64,000 bases of DNA from Nemertoderma westbladi (Eukaryota; Animalia; Xenacoelomorpha). Positions 35,742 to 47,125 of the stretch are shown here, piece after piece. The stretch is from positions 62,001 to 126,000 of the forward strand of contig JAUCBJ010007200.1 in assembly GCA_032718475.1 (NCBI GenBank). Direction: 5' to 3'. Each line of letters begins with the position of its first letter. Within the stretch, counting starts at the first letter, position 1. The translations under genes were made by a program, and so were the position numbers. The notes beneath the pieces were generated by a model. That model was not told the DNA's origin. It made no database searches and was given only the letters and a program-made list of their open reading frames with translations.

Positions 35742-36255
35742 CGCGATACAACCCTTCATCAAGGTGGAGGAGAGCGTTGTACGAAACGAGTTAAACGCTA
35801 TTCTACAAAGATCAGAAAGGAAACCTGCGTTTGTTCAGATAAACGTAAGTTGTAACAGCAAGTCCAAGTGATAAACGAATTGGCTTTATCTCAGTTCGAT
35901 TGGGAAATCCAGAATCTCTAAGAAGATATCGAACTTAGACAACCCTATTCTCTGCGAGAGTTTTGGACGAACGTATCCAACGACAAGCGGAGGAAAATCA
36001 GCTCGAGGAGAAGCATATCGAAATGGACGAGACACCGACCGTAACCTTAAACCTTCTGATGCAATTGTATTGCACCCTTCACCCAGGAGTTATAGCCCTC
36101 CTAGTAAAGTGGCTCGCCCCAAAGAGAAAAGGACTCTTGCTAGCCTCAAGAAACTGCGTAAACGCCGTCCGCGTAAGAAAGACTAACTGTTTAGAGTATC
36201 TTTAGGTTTTAGAAACTGTGATTTTTATATTTTATAGACTGAAAATCCCATTTTC

Positions 36256-36264
36256 TGGGAGCGG
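36256..36264 (+). promoter_or_regulatory. Polypurine-tract position (TGGGAGCGG) abutting the 3' LTR
   Basis: Identical in copy A (5480-5488, minus). Overlaps a small TCCCA...TGGGA hairpin in both copies. Confidence 0.7.
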
Positions 36265-37512
36265 TGTAAAAGCCTTTGCTGAATTGCCCCGTTATTTTAT
36301 TATCTTTTACATTAAAATACTCTGTAGTTGATTTAATAGGTGTAAGAGACCGTATTATTGCTGTATCGGTGTTTTTTAGAGGATCTAAGAGCTATTTCCT
36401 CCGTATGTGTACTGTGAAAGGCATAGTTGATGATTCTATGGCAATTCCGTGACGCAAAAGGTGATAGCTACTCTTGAACAGTAGTTACTATGACGACGGT
36501 TAACAGCTGATATTCATACGTGTTGATTTTCTTTGTTCTACGGCGTCTCTCAGTTCAGTCAGCCAATCAGAGCATTTTTATGGCTCTTGTACAGAAATTT
36601 CCTAGAAATCACGCAATGCGTTATGGGCAGTGTTTACATTCTGTCCTGAGCCAGGAGAGAGCGGCTTGGGAATATTTTGTGCTTTTCTGTTTTAGCCTAA
36701 CACTAGTAGGCTTAATTATAAGGACATATATCCGTTATCAAAACAAACTAAACAAACCACGGCACACTGGCCACTGGTTAATTGGCCCATACTCAATCAA
36801 CGCAACATACCTAATCGAATATACCTGTGCATACTTTTATATTGTTATACTGCTATTTACTGTCGGTTCTTCATAATATGGTTGATGAATTATTATATTT
36901 GGAATAACGATAAATAACCCCGAAACCCAATATTCTTGATATACCGAAGGTAAGAGAGAAAGGTTACATATAACGATTGTGACTTATGTTAAAGTGGTTT
37001 GAAGTGAATCTAATGTTATTTGATAGACCCTACATGATTCGGTCTGTGTTCCTTTTATATGTGACTAAAATCAGTGAAGATCGGCAGATCAGTGTGCAGT
37101 ATTGTGCAGCGTTGTGTATGAGTGAGACTGATAACGAAGCATTTCCTAAAGAATGCGCCATATATGTGAATTATAACTAAGCCATATCGTTGTGAGTAGT
37201 TTAAGTCATAACTCTGTTTTTATAGATAGAGCGCCACGTCCTAAAGGAACTGTTAATATTCCCCGAAGGTGAATAATATTGTCAGAGATTATATAATACT
37301 GTCAGTCGAATAATACATTAGGCTTACATAGCAATAAGATTAAGCCGTCGAACCCAATCTCCCGGGTATATCCAGCGGGTGAATGATCGCGCACAGATTG
37401 GTTTCGACTAGTGTAGTGAATCAAATACTTGTCAGAGGCTAAAAGTGATTTATTATCTAAAAGACATCCTAATTTGGCGGGTTAAACTGCCAAAGGTCTG
37501 AAAGCGCGAACA
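36265..37512 (+). repeat. 3' LTR of BEL copy B
   Basis: Direct repeat of 21425-22672. Confidence 0.97.
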
Positions 37513-39135
37513 CAATGAGACACCTCCAATGTTATATAGTGTCTGGTTGGAGATGTGTGTATTGTACTTGACACAATGAACCCAGTGTAGCATTCTTGTG
37601 AATGTGCCATCCAGAGATTTGGTGTCCTCAACAGTTAAAGCCAAGCATGGACTCCCATAGAGGAGTACTAGAACTACTGCTGCTCTAAATAATCGGACGT
37701 TAAGTTTCCGATTAATTCTCGGTGACTTCCAAGTCTTGGAAAGCCTATTCAAGGCTGCCCATGCCTTTCCCTTACGTATTCGAAGGTCCTCACCTGACTT
37801 CCGGATCCATGATCCCTGGTAACAGAAGTTGTCCACATGCTCAAGCATACCATCCTTTGAGCTTATGCTCATCCGATCAGAGACTTGCTGAGGACTTTCA
37901 AAGTTAACTGTCAAAATTTTGGGCTTTCTGGAGTTAATAAAAAGACCAACACTAGAAGCAGCATGTTCTAATGAGCTGAGCAGCCGTTGGGCTCCCTCTA
38001 GTGATTCTGAGAGTAGTCCTAAGTCATCAGCAAAGTCTAGATCAGTTAGATACTTGGCAGGATGTCCTCGACTTCTGGAGCCAGTAGGTGGAGTTATCAT
38101 CACCCCATCATCATTATGATGATCTAAGGACATGCGTAGAACATAGTCAACCACAATTATGAACAAGAATGGTGCAAGTGTGTCTCCCTGGAGGAAGCCC
38201 CATAACACTTCAAATGGTTCTGTGTCACCGTCAACAGTAGACACAAATGTGGTCAAACCATCGTATACTGATCTGATTGCTGCAATAATTTCATCACGAA
38301 TCCCATATAATGAAAGTATGCTGAACATACGTGAGCGAGAGACTGAATCAAAGGCCTTGGAAGTCAACAAAGATAACAGCCAGATGCCTGTCTTTCTTTT
38401 TTGATAACTCTTCAATTATCCTTCTAAGTGCCAAAATGGGCTCCATGGTCCCACGACCTATATGGAACCCATTCTGATTTCCACGGAGCAGTCTCTCAAT
38501 GGGATCCCTGATGCGATTTAATAGAATTATATTGTATAGCTTTGCAGCAATCGAGATCAATGAGATTCCCCAAAAAGAACCATAGAGTGTTAGGTTGACC
38601 TTCTTGGGAACTGGCACCAACTTATTTGTTTTCATTTCTTGTGGTACTCTTGTTGTTCGGTACATGTCTACTATGATGGGATAAATGATCTTCAAATACT
38701 CAAGTATTTTAAAGACCTCAGGGGGGACACCATCTCTGCACTGACACGATTGGTCTTAATGCTCTTTGCAGTAGCCTTCATTTCAGCAAAGGAGATATCG
38801 CCAAAGGGAATATCTGGGAGTACAGACTCAGACACTTTTACTTCTATAAAGTTATCAGGCAATACCCTGTCATTATTGATGAACTTTTCAAAGTGGGCCT
38901 TCCAACCATTGAGGCGATCGGCTGGTAATTCAGCCTTAACCTTGGTGGTTGGTTGGCTTTTCCGCCCAGTAAGCAAGTTGATCGATTTCCATGCCTGGGA
39001 TGATTGCCTGGTGTCGTCAGCATCATTGATGGCATCAACCTGTTTATTAGCTCCTATACATTAACAGAGTACTGCCTGTACAGGGACCTAGATGCGGCCT
39101 TAACTGCATTCTTGGCCGCTGTAGTCTGTTTGAGT
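37513..39135 (-). mobile_element. RTE-type LINE copy 1 (right part; frameshifted RT, 5'-truncated)
   Basis: VPVPKK, QNGF, FVDF/KAFDSV, QGDTLAPFLF, LDFADD; highly similar to 43400-44850. Confidence 0.9.
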
Positions 39136-39589
39136 CGGGATACAATACAACAAGAATCTATTAAAGGAATTCGGGTTGAATCCATTGGGTATATTAGCAG
39201 CGAATACATTCACTTCACATGAGTAGTGAACACATTCACTTTATATGAATAGCGTATATAATATAATAATAATTAATATCCTTCAGATTAATTAATTTTA
39301 TGTATATATTTAATTTATGTTTAAATCTAATTAAACTTGCATATCAAATATAATAAAAAAATGAAATTATATACATAATTATATAACACATTTTACTATT
39401 ATCAATTGGGATAGCCTTGGAAACGTTTCATAAGATTCGAAACAACGAATCAGGAGTTAGAATTGTTGTTTATTATGAAAGAGGGAGATTTGATTTATAT
39501 TTTTAAAACATAATATTCGAATTTCTCTAAGGATCTTAATGCTTTTTGAGTAATAATTATAAAAAATGTAACTCTCTAGCCGACTCTTC

Positions 39590-40486
39590 ACCGCTTCTCA
39601 GCTCAGCCCAGACCAAACATTGGAAATCGCAATGGATCTATGGAAATCCTCAGTCACACCGGAATCAGTGCCACCAACTAGCACCAACCAGAAATCTTGG
39701 ACAACACCAATCCACGAAGTCAACCTTGCTTCGCTTCACACCTCCGCCTCACCCGACGATATTGCCCGGCTTAACTCGGTGGAAGACCCAACCGCAGGTT
39801 GGTGGCTCGATGCTATTCCAAGTTCTGCTTTGGGCCTCAAGTTAACGGATGCTCAGTACAGGATCTCCATCGCGACCCGCCTCGGATGCCGGGTTACCGA
39901 GCCCCATGAGTGTACCAGGTGTGGCACTGCTGTTGAAGCTGACGGCCTACACGGACTCTCGTGCCAATGAAGCGCTGGCCGGTTGCCTCGCCACACAATG
40001 ATCAATGAGATCGTAAAGCGGGCACTGGCCAGCTGTGACGTACCATCCATCCTAGAACCACCGGGTCTATGCCGTGGGGATGGCAAACGAGTAGACGGGA
40101 TGTCCCTAGTTCCCTGGTCCAGGGGCAAAACGCTGACATGGGACGCCACGGTTGTACACCCACTCGCCAAAAGCCACCTGGCAACAAGCATACATACCGG
40201 CGGACGTGCTGCTGAAAACCAGGAAACCCTCAAGATCAGGAAATATCAGGAGCTTATTGACCAGGGTTTCCTGTTCATGCCAGTCGCCTTTGAAACGTTT
40301 GGTCGCCCCGGTCCGGCAACGGAAGTTTTCCTGAAGGAGGTCGGTAGGTGGATACATTTATCGACACAGGATCCTCGCTCCCATCGTTTCCTGCTTCAGC
40401 GCATCGCGGTCGCAATACTCGTTGGGAACTCGGCCGCAGTCCTCGGTACAGTTGAATCTCCGTCAGATAGTCCGTCGATATCCTAG
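39590..40486 (+). pseudogene. 3' fragment of CRE-clade non-LTR retrotransposon: CCHC finger and restriction-like endonuclease
   Basis: AGWWLDAIPSSALGL, CTRCG...HGLSC, RHTMIN, DGKRVDG, WDATV, AFETFG. One in-frame TGA at 39968-39970. Confidence 0.85.
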
Positions 40487-41032
40487 GCAGTTAGATAGCA
40501 CCTCTTCCGGCACCTGGACTATATATATTTAATATACATTTTATTGTGATTTATGAACACTGAAAGTATTACTTTTATTATATTTACCCACTGATTAAAT
40601 TATATTATAGGTGGTTGATTGGATGTAATAAAAAACAATTATTAATTAATATTAATTAATCAATATAAATTATTACATTAATTACCACGCAAATGTATTC
40701 TAAAAATGTAATAAAATTTTTTGAAACAACCTATATCCCCATACATAGTTTCCTACCTAAATATGTGACATGATTCAATTATTTTAAAACACAATGTGTT
40801 TTTTTTTCATTTCAAATTACATAAGATTACCAATATGTCAAAACCCATAATTTACTCAAAACAAAATTTTAATCAAAAATGCCGTTTTACAGGAAAAATC
40901 AATTTTGTCATTTAGGTTGTTTGAAAATTAAAGGGAAGATATAATATCAAGTCATTTCTCGGTAAATGTAAGTTACTGATATAGTTTTATATCATAATTC
41001 ATATAATAACTCTAAATATGTAATAAACTGAG

Positions 41033-41460
41033 TAAATAATAACCAGTCAAGTAGTGTAGCTAAATATATGTGAAAGATAAATAATAACCAGTCAAGTGTA
41101 GCTAAATATATGTGAAAGATAAATAATAACCAGTCAAGTGTAGCTAAATATATGTGAAAGATAAATAATAACCAGTCAAGTGTAGCTAAATATATGTGAA
41201 AGATAAATAATAACCAGTCAAGTGTAGCTAAATATATGTGAAAGATAAATAATAACCAGTCATGTGTAGCTAAATATATGTGAAAGATAAATAATAACCA
41301 GTCAAGTGTAGCTAAATATATGTGAAAGATAAATAATAACCAGTCAAGTGTAGCTAAATATATGTGAAAGATAAATAATAACCAGTCAAGTGTAGCTAAA
41401 TATATGTGAAAGATAAATAATAACCAGTCAAGTGTAGCTAAATATATGTGAAAGATAAAT
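41033..41460. repeat. Minisatellite, ~10 x 42 bp
   Basis: Unit TAAATAATAACCAGTCAAGTGTAGCTAAATATATGTGAAAGA; GCTAAATATA recurs every 42 nt from 41059 to 41437; no spacers. Confidence 0.95.
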
Positions 41461-41646
41461 ATACGTGAGAACTATTATTTTTTCTTATTGATAGTAAGAA
41501 TGTGTTGGATGTGAATGAATTATTTTTTCTGTTGCATACTTTCTGATAAATAGTTATGTAGTCATAGTAGATTTGGGTGATTGTTTTCCCTAATTATGTT
41601 ACGGGAAACAAATTTATGAGCAGTTTAATTGGGTTAATATCTGGCT

Positions 41647-42395
41647 TTATTTCCATAGGAAGGAGACAAATAGTAAGGCGACGAGAATAATATACTTTGA
41701 AACATCAACTGCTACAGCTGTGGCTGTAGTGGTTGTTGGTACTGTTGTGGTTTCCATCAACGTTGTCGTCTCAGTAGTGGTCTTTGCAACTGTTACCGGG
41801 GTTGTAATGGGTTGAAGTGATATCCTTATGAGAGAATTACCAACATATTCCTCGAATCCCTCTTCTATGCCTCTTACGATAATGGCCTTCATGTCTTCAT
41901 AAACATAAATGGTTAAAGAAATCGTACCATAAATATCTCTCTTACCGAAACAAACAAGTTTCCCAACGAGGTAATTCATTTTTCCTACAACTGGTGCAAA
42001 TTTTGTTGTCATCGCTAAAATAATATCACTAATTGTGAAATCCGAACATGGAGAATATGTGATGTTATAGTGTGTCCCCTCTTGATAGATAAATTCTCCG
42101 ATAGTGTGACTTTTTTCATCCAATTGAATAATTCCTCTTTTATAATATACTTCGTACAGATCTGATATATCCTTGTTTAACTCATCGATAGATGTTATAT
42201 TCGGAGATATTCCTACAAACTCGATTTCAACAATAATAGAACCGCATGTGATATTCATACTTGATACAATTGCTGTTTTCCTCACAACATATGATATATC
42301 ATTCCTGAGTTTTTCAACTGCGGTTTTTTTACTTATGAAGTTGTAACATTCTTCTGTAGTAGCTTCAATCACTATTTTCACATAAGTTGTTATTT
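41647..42395 (-). CDS. Probable host terminal exon: SEA-like domain, Thr-rich stalk, hydrophobic C-terminus (GPI signal or TM)
   Basis: Open frame of ~248 codons with CGSIIVEIEF (SEA-type GSxxV motif), TTPVTVAKTTTETTT... stalk and YIILVALLFVSFLWK end. Preceded by TTTTTTTAG acceptor (AG at 42397-42396, phase 1). Confidence 0.6.
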
Positions 42396-42839
42396 CTAAA
42401 AAAATACAACAATATTATAGAATACAAGTTTTCGGATGACCTTGTTGTTGGGTGATGGTTAATAAATTGACCACCCCCCCCCCCCCCACAGGTTTAACCC
42501 TATTACCACTGGGGGGGGGGGGGGGGGGGGGGGGGGGCGAATCGGTCCCTACCTCTTTATCTCTGCAAATCTATTATGTATCAATAACCTTTGTCAATTA
42601 AATACAAGATAGTAAGAACGAACACTGTTAATGTTTCGTACAATATTGAAGACAACTACATGGAAAAACTCCGATGGGACATTAATGAATGCAGAAGACA
42701 TTACTTAGGCAGAGACGAATATGTTTATCACGAACTGTGGACTAGCTACACTAGATCTACTGTCGGATATACTATTTCCTACAGATATTTCTGAAGAACC
42801 ATTTCTGCGATTAGAAAATGCATTGACAATGTAAAAGAG

Positions 42840-43065
42840 GAAAGTCTATCGAGGTGGAACGAAAAACGTTTATACAATGTGTACAAAGAAACTCCGAAAT
42901 ATTGCTCAGGTTTGTCGATTTGAAGATTCCCTAGATCAAAGATTACGGGAAAAATTAATTGCTGGTGTTAAACAAGAACATGTAGCAGCGGAATTAATTC
43001 ACAAGAAAGATGAAACATTTGCAGAAGCTCTTATTACAGTAAAAAATTACGAACAAGCATTTAAA
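42840..43065 (+). pseudogene. Ty3/Gypsy gag-like fragment
   Basis: LRNIAQVCRFEDSLDQRLREKLIAGV resembles the Mag-type gag motif, also seen as LRDIASKCRF...LLDQFIAG in ORF 60467-63769. Confidence 0.55.
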
Positions 43066-43399
43066 GGTAGCCCAAGCAGGATTGTGACGGGATTGAGTTC
43101 TATAATCCCGACCGGATAAGGTTGTACGCGTCACTTCGCTGCTGGGCTGCTGAACTAATATCTTTGGCCGAAGGCTGTTCGGGAAAATAACAAAGTTTGT
43201 GTTTCTCGGTGTTAATAAATATTTCCAGTGATAATAGCACAGTATGTATGACAAACAATAATAGAAATTGCAACACAGATTAATGACAGCAGTATATGAA
43301 ATGACGGTCGAAACTATTGCCGGTCTGCAACTGTGTGATTAATGAACTGTCCGGTAAACCAGAAATCAGAGTAACTATATGATTGATACACTGATACAA

Positions 43400-45157
43400 T
43401 TTGCTTACTGGGCGGAAAAGCCAACCAACCACCAAGGTTAAGGCTGAATCACCAGCCGATCGCCTCAATGGTTGGAAAGCCCACTTTGAAAAGCTCCTCA
43501 ATAATGACAGGGTATTGCCTGATAGAAGTAAAAGTGTCTGAGTCTGTACTCCCAGATATTCCCATTGGCGATATCTCCTTTGCAGAAGTGAAGGCTGCTG
43601 CAAAGAGCATTAAGACCAATCGTGCCAGTGGAGTAGATGGTGTTCCCCCTGAGGTCTTTAAAATACCTGAGTGTTTAAAGCTCATCTATCCCATCATAGT
43701 AGACATGTACCGAACAACAAGAGTCCCACAAGAAATGAAAACAAATAAGTTGGTGCCAGTTCCCAAGAAGGGCAACCTAACACTCTATGGTTCTTTTCGG
43801 GGAATCTCATTGATCTCGATTGCTGCAAAGCTATAAAATAGGATTCTATTAAATCGCATCAGGGATCCCATTGAGAGACTGCTCCGTGCTCCGTTCCGTA
43901 AAGGTCGTGGGACCATGGAGCCCATTTTGGCACTTAGAAGGATAATTGAAGAATTATCAAAAAAGAAAGACAGGCATCTGGCTGTTATCTTTGTTGACTT
44001 CTTCAAGGCCTTTGATTCAGTCTCTCGCTCACGTATGTTCAGCATACTTTCATTATATGGGATTCTTGATGAAATTATTGCAGCAATCAGATCAGTATAC
44101 GATGGTTCGACAACATTTGTGTCTACTGTTGACGGTGACACAGAACCATTTGAAGTGTTATGGGGCGTCCTCCAAGGAGACACACTAGCACCATTCTTGT
44201 TCATTATTGTGGTTGACTATGTTCTACGCATGTCCTTAGATCATCATAATGATGATGGGGTGATGATAACTCCACCTACTGGGTCCAGAAGTCGAGGAAA
44301 TCCTGCCAAGTACCTAACTGATCTAGACTTCGCTGATGACTTAGGAGTACTCTCAGAATCATTAGAGGGAGCCCAACGGCTCCTCAGCTCATTAGAACAT
44401 GCTGCTTCTAGTGTTGGTCTTTTTATTAACTCCAGAAAGACCAAAATTTTGACAGTTAACTTTGAAAGTCCTCAGCAAGTCTCTGATCGGATGAGAATAA
44501 GCTCAAAGGATGGTATGCTTGAGCATGTGAACGACTTCTGTTACCTGGGATCATGGATCCGGAAGTCAGGTGAGGACCTTCGAATACGTAAGGGAATGGC
44601 ATGGGCAGCCTTGAATAGGCTTTCCAGGATTTGGAAGTCACCGAGAATTAATCGGAAACTTAAGGTCCGATTATTTAGAGCAGCAGTAGTTCCAGTACTC
44701 CTCTACGGTAGTCCATGCTGGGCTCTAACTGCTGAGGACACCAAATCTCTGGATGGCACATTCACAAGAATGCTACGCCGGGTTCATTGTGTCAAGTACA
44801 ATGCACACATCTCCAACCAGACACTATATAACATTGGAGGTGTCTCATTGGTTCCCCCAAGCTTGACACTAGAACAAAATCGTCTCCGCTTTGCAGGACA
44901 TTGCTTTCGCCGTGAGGACCAGCCAGTGCATAATCTTGTACTTTGGCAGCCTCATGGAGTGAATAAGCATGGTGGACAGCCCATGACTTTCTTGAGACGC
45001 ATCTTAAAGGACACTGGCCTTGAAGATGCGGATGATCTAGCAAATGTCATGGGTGATAGGGAGTTGTGGCGGTGCAATTTTGTTGACAAGCCGGCACAGC
45101 ATTCTTAAAAATGCAGCTGCAATGCAGCATGCCGATCCTAGTAGTAGTAGTAGTAGT
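43400..45157 (+). mobile_element. RTE-type LINE copy 2, 5'-truncated, with (TAG)n tail
   Basis: RT ORF pieces 43468-43836 and 43915-45108; short 3' UTR followed by TAGTAGTAGTAGTAGTAGTA. Confidence 0.92.
43915..45108 (+). CDS. RTE-type reverse transcriptase C-terminal part
   Basis: FVDFFKAFDSV, GVLQGDTLAPFLF, LDFADD, FCYLGSWI, LLYGSPCW, RLRFAGHC. Confidence 0.9.
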   Translation: MEPILALRRIIEELSKKKDRHLAVIFVDFFKAFDSVSRSRMFSILSLYGILDEIIAAIRSVYDGSTTFVSTVDGDTEPFEVLWGVLQGDTLAPFLFIIVVDYVLRMSLDHHNDDGVMITPPTGSRSRGNPAKYLTDLDFADDLGVLSESLEGAQRLLSSLEHAASSVGLFINSRKTKILTVNFESPQQVSDRMRISSKDGMLEHVNDFCYLGSWIRKSGEDLRIRKGMAWAALNRLSRIWKSPRINRKLKVRLFRAAVVPVLLYGSPCWALTAEDTKSLDGTFTRMLRRVHCVKYNAHISNQTLYNIGGVSLVPPSLTLEQNRLRFAGHCFRREDQPVHNLVLWQPHGVNKHGGQPMTFLRRILKDTGLEDADDLANVMGDRELWRCNFVDKPAQHS

Positions 45158-45164
45158 AAACATA

Positions 45165-46200
45165 CATATTGATTTCACCTCTACACTACTCTGGCCTTTG
45201 CTACCCAATGGATGCTTTCCTATCTTTCCCCACGTGCTCCCCTGCCTGCTATTGGCTTATATACTAATTGTCACTTTGGCACTCCCTGTAGGTGTTACCC
45301 CATGCTGCTACCCTCGACTAGCTGGGTTCTCCCTCTGAGGTGGTTTGACCTCTCACCTCTCTCTGTGGCTTAGGGCTCAGGGCTTAGGTCTTTGTTTCGC
45401 CCCCGCCCCCCCCCCCCCCGAGTTGGTTATGAGGCGAGATTATTATTGGTAATCTCGCATCGCCAACTATATTTGTAAAATGCCACTGGTCCCATTTTCG
45501 GGTGGGTAATGTAAGAGAATTGAATCCGCTTACACTCCCCCCATGCTATCTTCCCGGTGAGAAGATTTGATGCTATCTTCTTCTATTCTTCTCAAGAGCG
45601 CTTCAATTCCGCTGGAACCCAATCTAATATTGGATGTGGGGTGGAGTTTTCTTCTCGGGATCGGCTTTCCAGACCGGCCCCCATGGGTCTGTTGTTATTA
45701 CCCAACCCATCCCTGGTGCAATCGCGTGCTATGTTGCACCAAGGTATCTGGTGTCTCTGTTTGAGACCATTGTGCTCACTCTCCACACAATTTTCCTCTA
45801 ACCTTCCTCTAATCTTCCTCACGGACCTCGCTGTCCCTTCCTCGCTCACCAGTCCCTTGGGACTCATTCTCCTCCGTGCTCGCTCCCCACACTTGAATTG
45901 CACTCCTTTCACTCCCTCACATGTCAACACCTCCTTCCCATACTTCCCCCCATTTCCCCATTTTCGTCTCCTCCACTTCTTCCCCCCCCCCTTCTCGGAG
46001 GTGATATGACCCGTCACTCCCAGGCCCACCCGTTTCATGCTCTCTCCACCTCTCTCTTCCTTACTAACCTCTCTGCCATCACGAACTTTCCCGCGCTCAC
46101 CCAATTGGTGGGGCCTTACAAAGGCTCAATTTAAGTGAGTGCCATTAAACAAGATGTTACAAGTTTCGTTCAGTAATGGCCTACGTCCTAGGTTATACTT
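45165..46200 (-). repeat. Short internally deleted relative of the element at 47480-49840
   Basis: Shares the upstream block (GTAATGGCCTA, AAGGCTCAA), the ORF start MAERLVRKR (ATG 46079 vs 49719) and downstream blocks (CTCGCTCCCCACA.TTGAATTGCAC; GGTGGTTTGACCTCT). Confidence 0.7.
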
Positions 46201-46519
46201 TCTTGGTATATTTTGCAAATATCCCCCCCCCCCCCCCCCCCCTCAAAGTGCCAATTTTCTCTAATTTTGATATTATTTTATATTTCCCCTTCCTGTGCTA
46301 TTAACAACTGTCGCCGGATTACTTACTCAAGGATACACCTTCTACTATGTATACAGGGATGACTAGCTATAACTTTACTGCGCTAGCTTCTTACCAGGCA
46401 GATTTCTGACCCTGTAACAAATAGCCTATACTTACACTACGGGCTGTGCGTTACAGTAGTCTGTTTCGTGCGGCCGACACGTTCTGTCCTGCTGCACCCA
46501 CGTGCTCCCCTCTTCCCTT

Positions 46520-46760
46520 CGTGGCGCTCTCAGTGCCCACAAGTCCTATGGTACTATGTACCCTACTACAACTACTATGGTATGTCTACATACCCTTTAC
46601 TTCCTTACGTGGCGCCCTCAGTGCCCACAACTTCTATGGTACTCGCTATGTACCCTACTACTATGGTATGCCTACATACCCTTCAGTTCCACTCACTACG
46701 TGGTGCCCTCAGTGCCCACAGGTTCTATGGTACTCGCTATGTACCTTACTGCTATGTACG
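46520..46760. repeat. Tandem repeat, ~3 x 90 bp
   Basis: CGTGG(C/T)GC(T/C)CTCAGTGCCCACA...CTATGGTACT at ~46520, 46608 and 46699. Confidence 0.85.
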
Positions 46761-46889
46761 TACAACCTACTACTAATATTACTACTTGTTTTATTATTTT
46801 GCTTGTTTATTTTTTTGTTTTTATATATGGTAAGGGCATCTCGCCCTTATTCCCACCCCCCTCAGTCCAATATATTGGACGACTAAACT

Positions 46890-47125
46890 TTAAGGCGACC
46901 CTTCCAATAGGCAACACTTTCCTACCACCCTCCTGTAGGTCTTCCTATCTTTGGCCCCTATCTTTCCTCCAATTCTCACTTCCACCGACCTAACCCTTCC
47001 GTCCTCGTTGGGGTAGGTATCTACTACTCTGGCTAGTCTCCACTGGTTATTGATAATTGTGTCATCTGTGACGATTACCTAGTCACCCTTCTTCAGCTCT
47101 CTGCTAGTATTCCTCCATTTGCTCC
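46890..47125 (-). pseudogene. DUF5641-type integrase C-terminal remnant of a different BEL/Pao family
   Basis: Manual translation RSKWRNTSRELKKGD*VIVTDDTIINNQWRLARVVDTYPNEDGRVRSVEVRIG...RRVVGKCCLLE, followed by purine-rich GAGGGGGGTGGGAA (~46850-46863). Confidence 0.75.

Larger units (their letters stand above)
21425..37512 (+). mobile_element. BEL/Pao LTR retrotransposon copy B, near full length (16.1 kb)
   Basis: 1248-bp LTRs with about 3 mismatches. TSD CAATG at 21420-21424 and 37513-37517. Gag-PR-RT-RNaseH-IN order with BEL-specific motifs. Confidence 0.97.

Noticed and set aside
19130-40486. The two CRE fragments as halves of one split element
   Set aside because: They overlap in homologous sequence (20745-20870 vs 39780-39910), so they are separate copies.
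41033-41460. CRISPR-like array
   Set aside because: Head-to-tail near-identical 42-bp units with no unique spacers, in a eukaryotic context.
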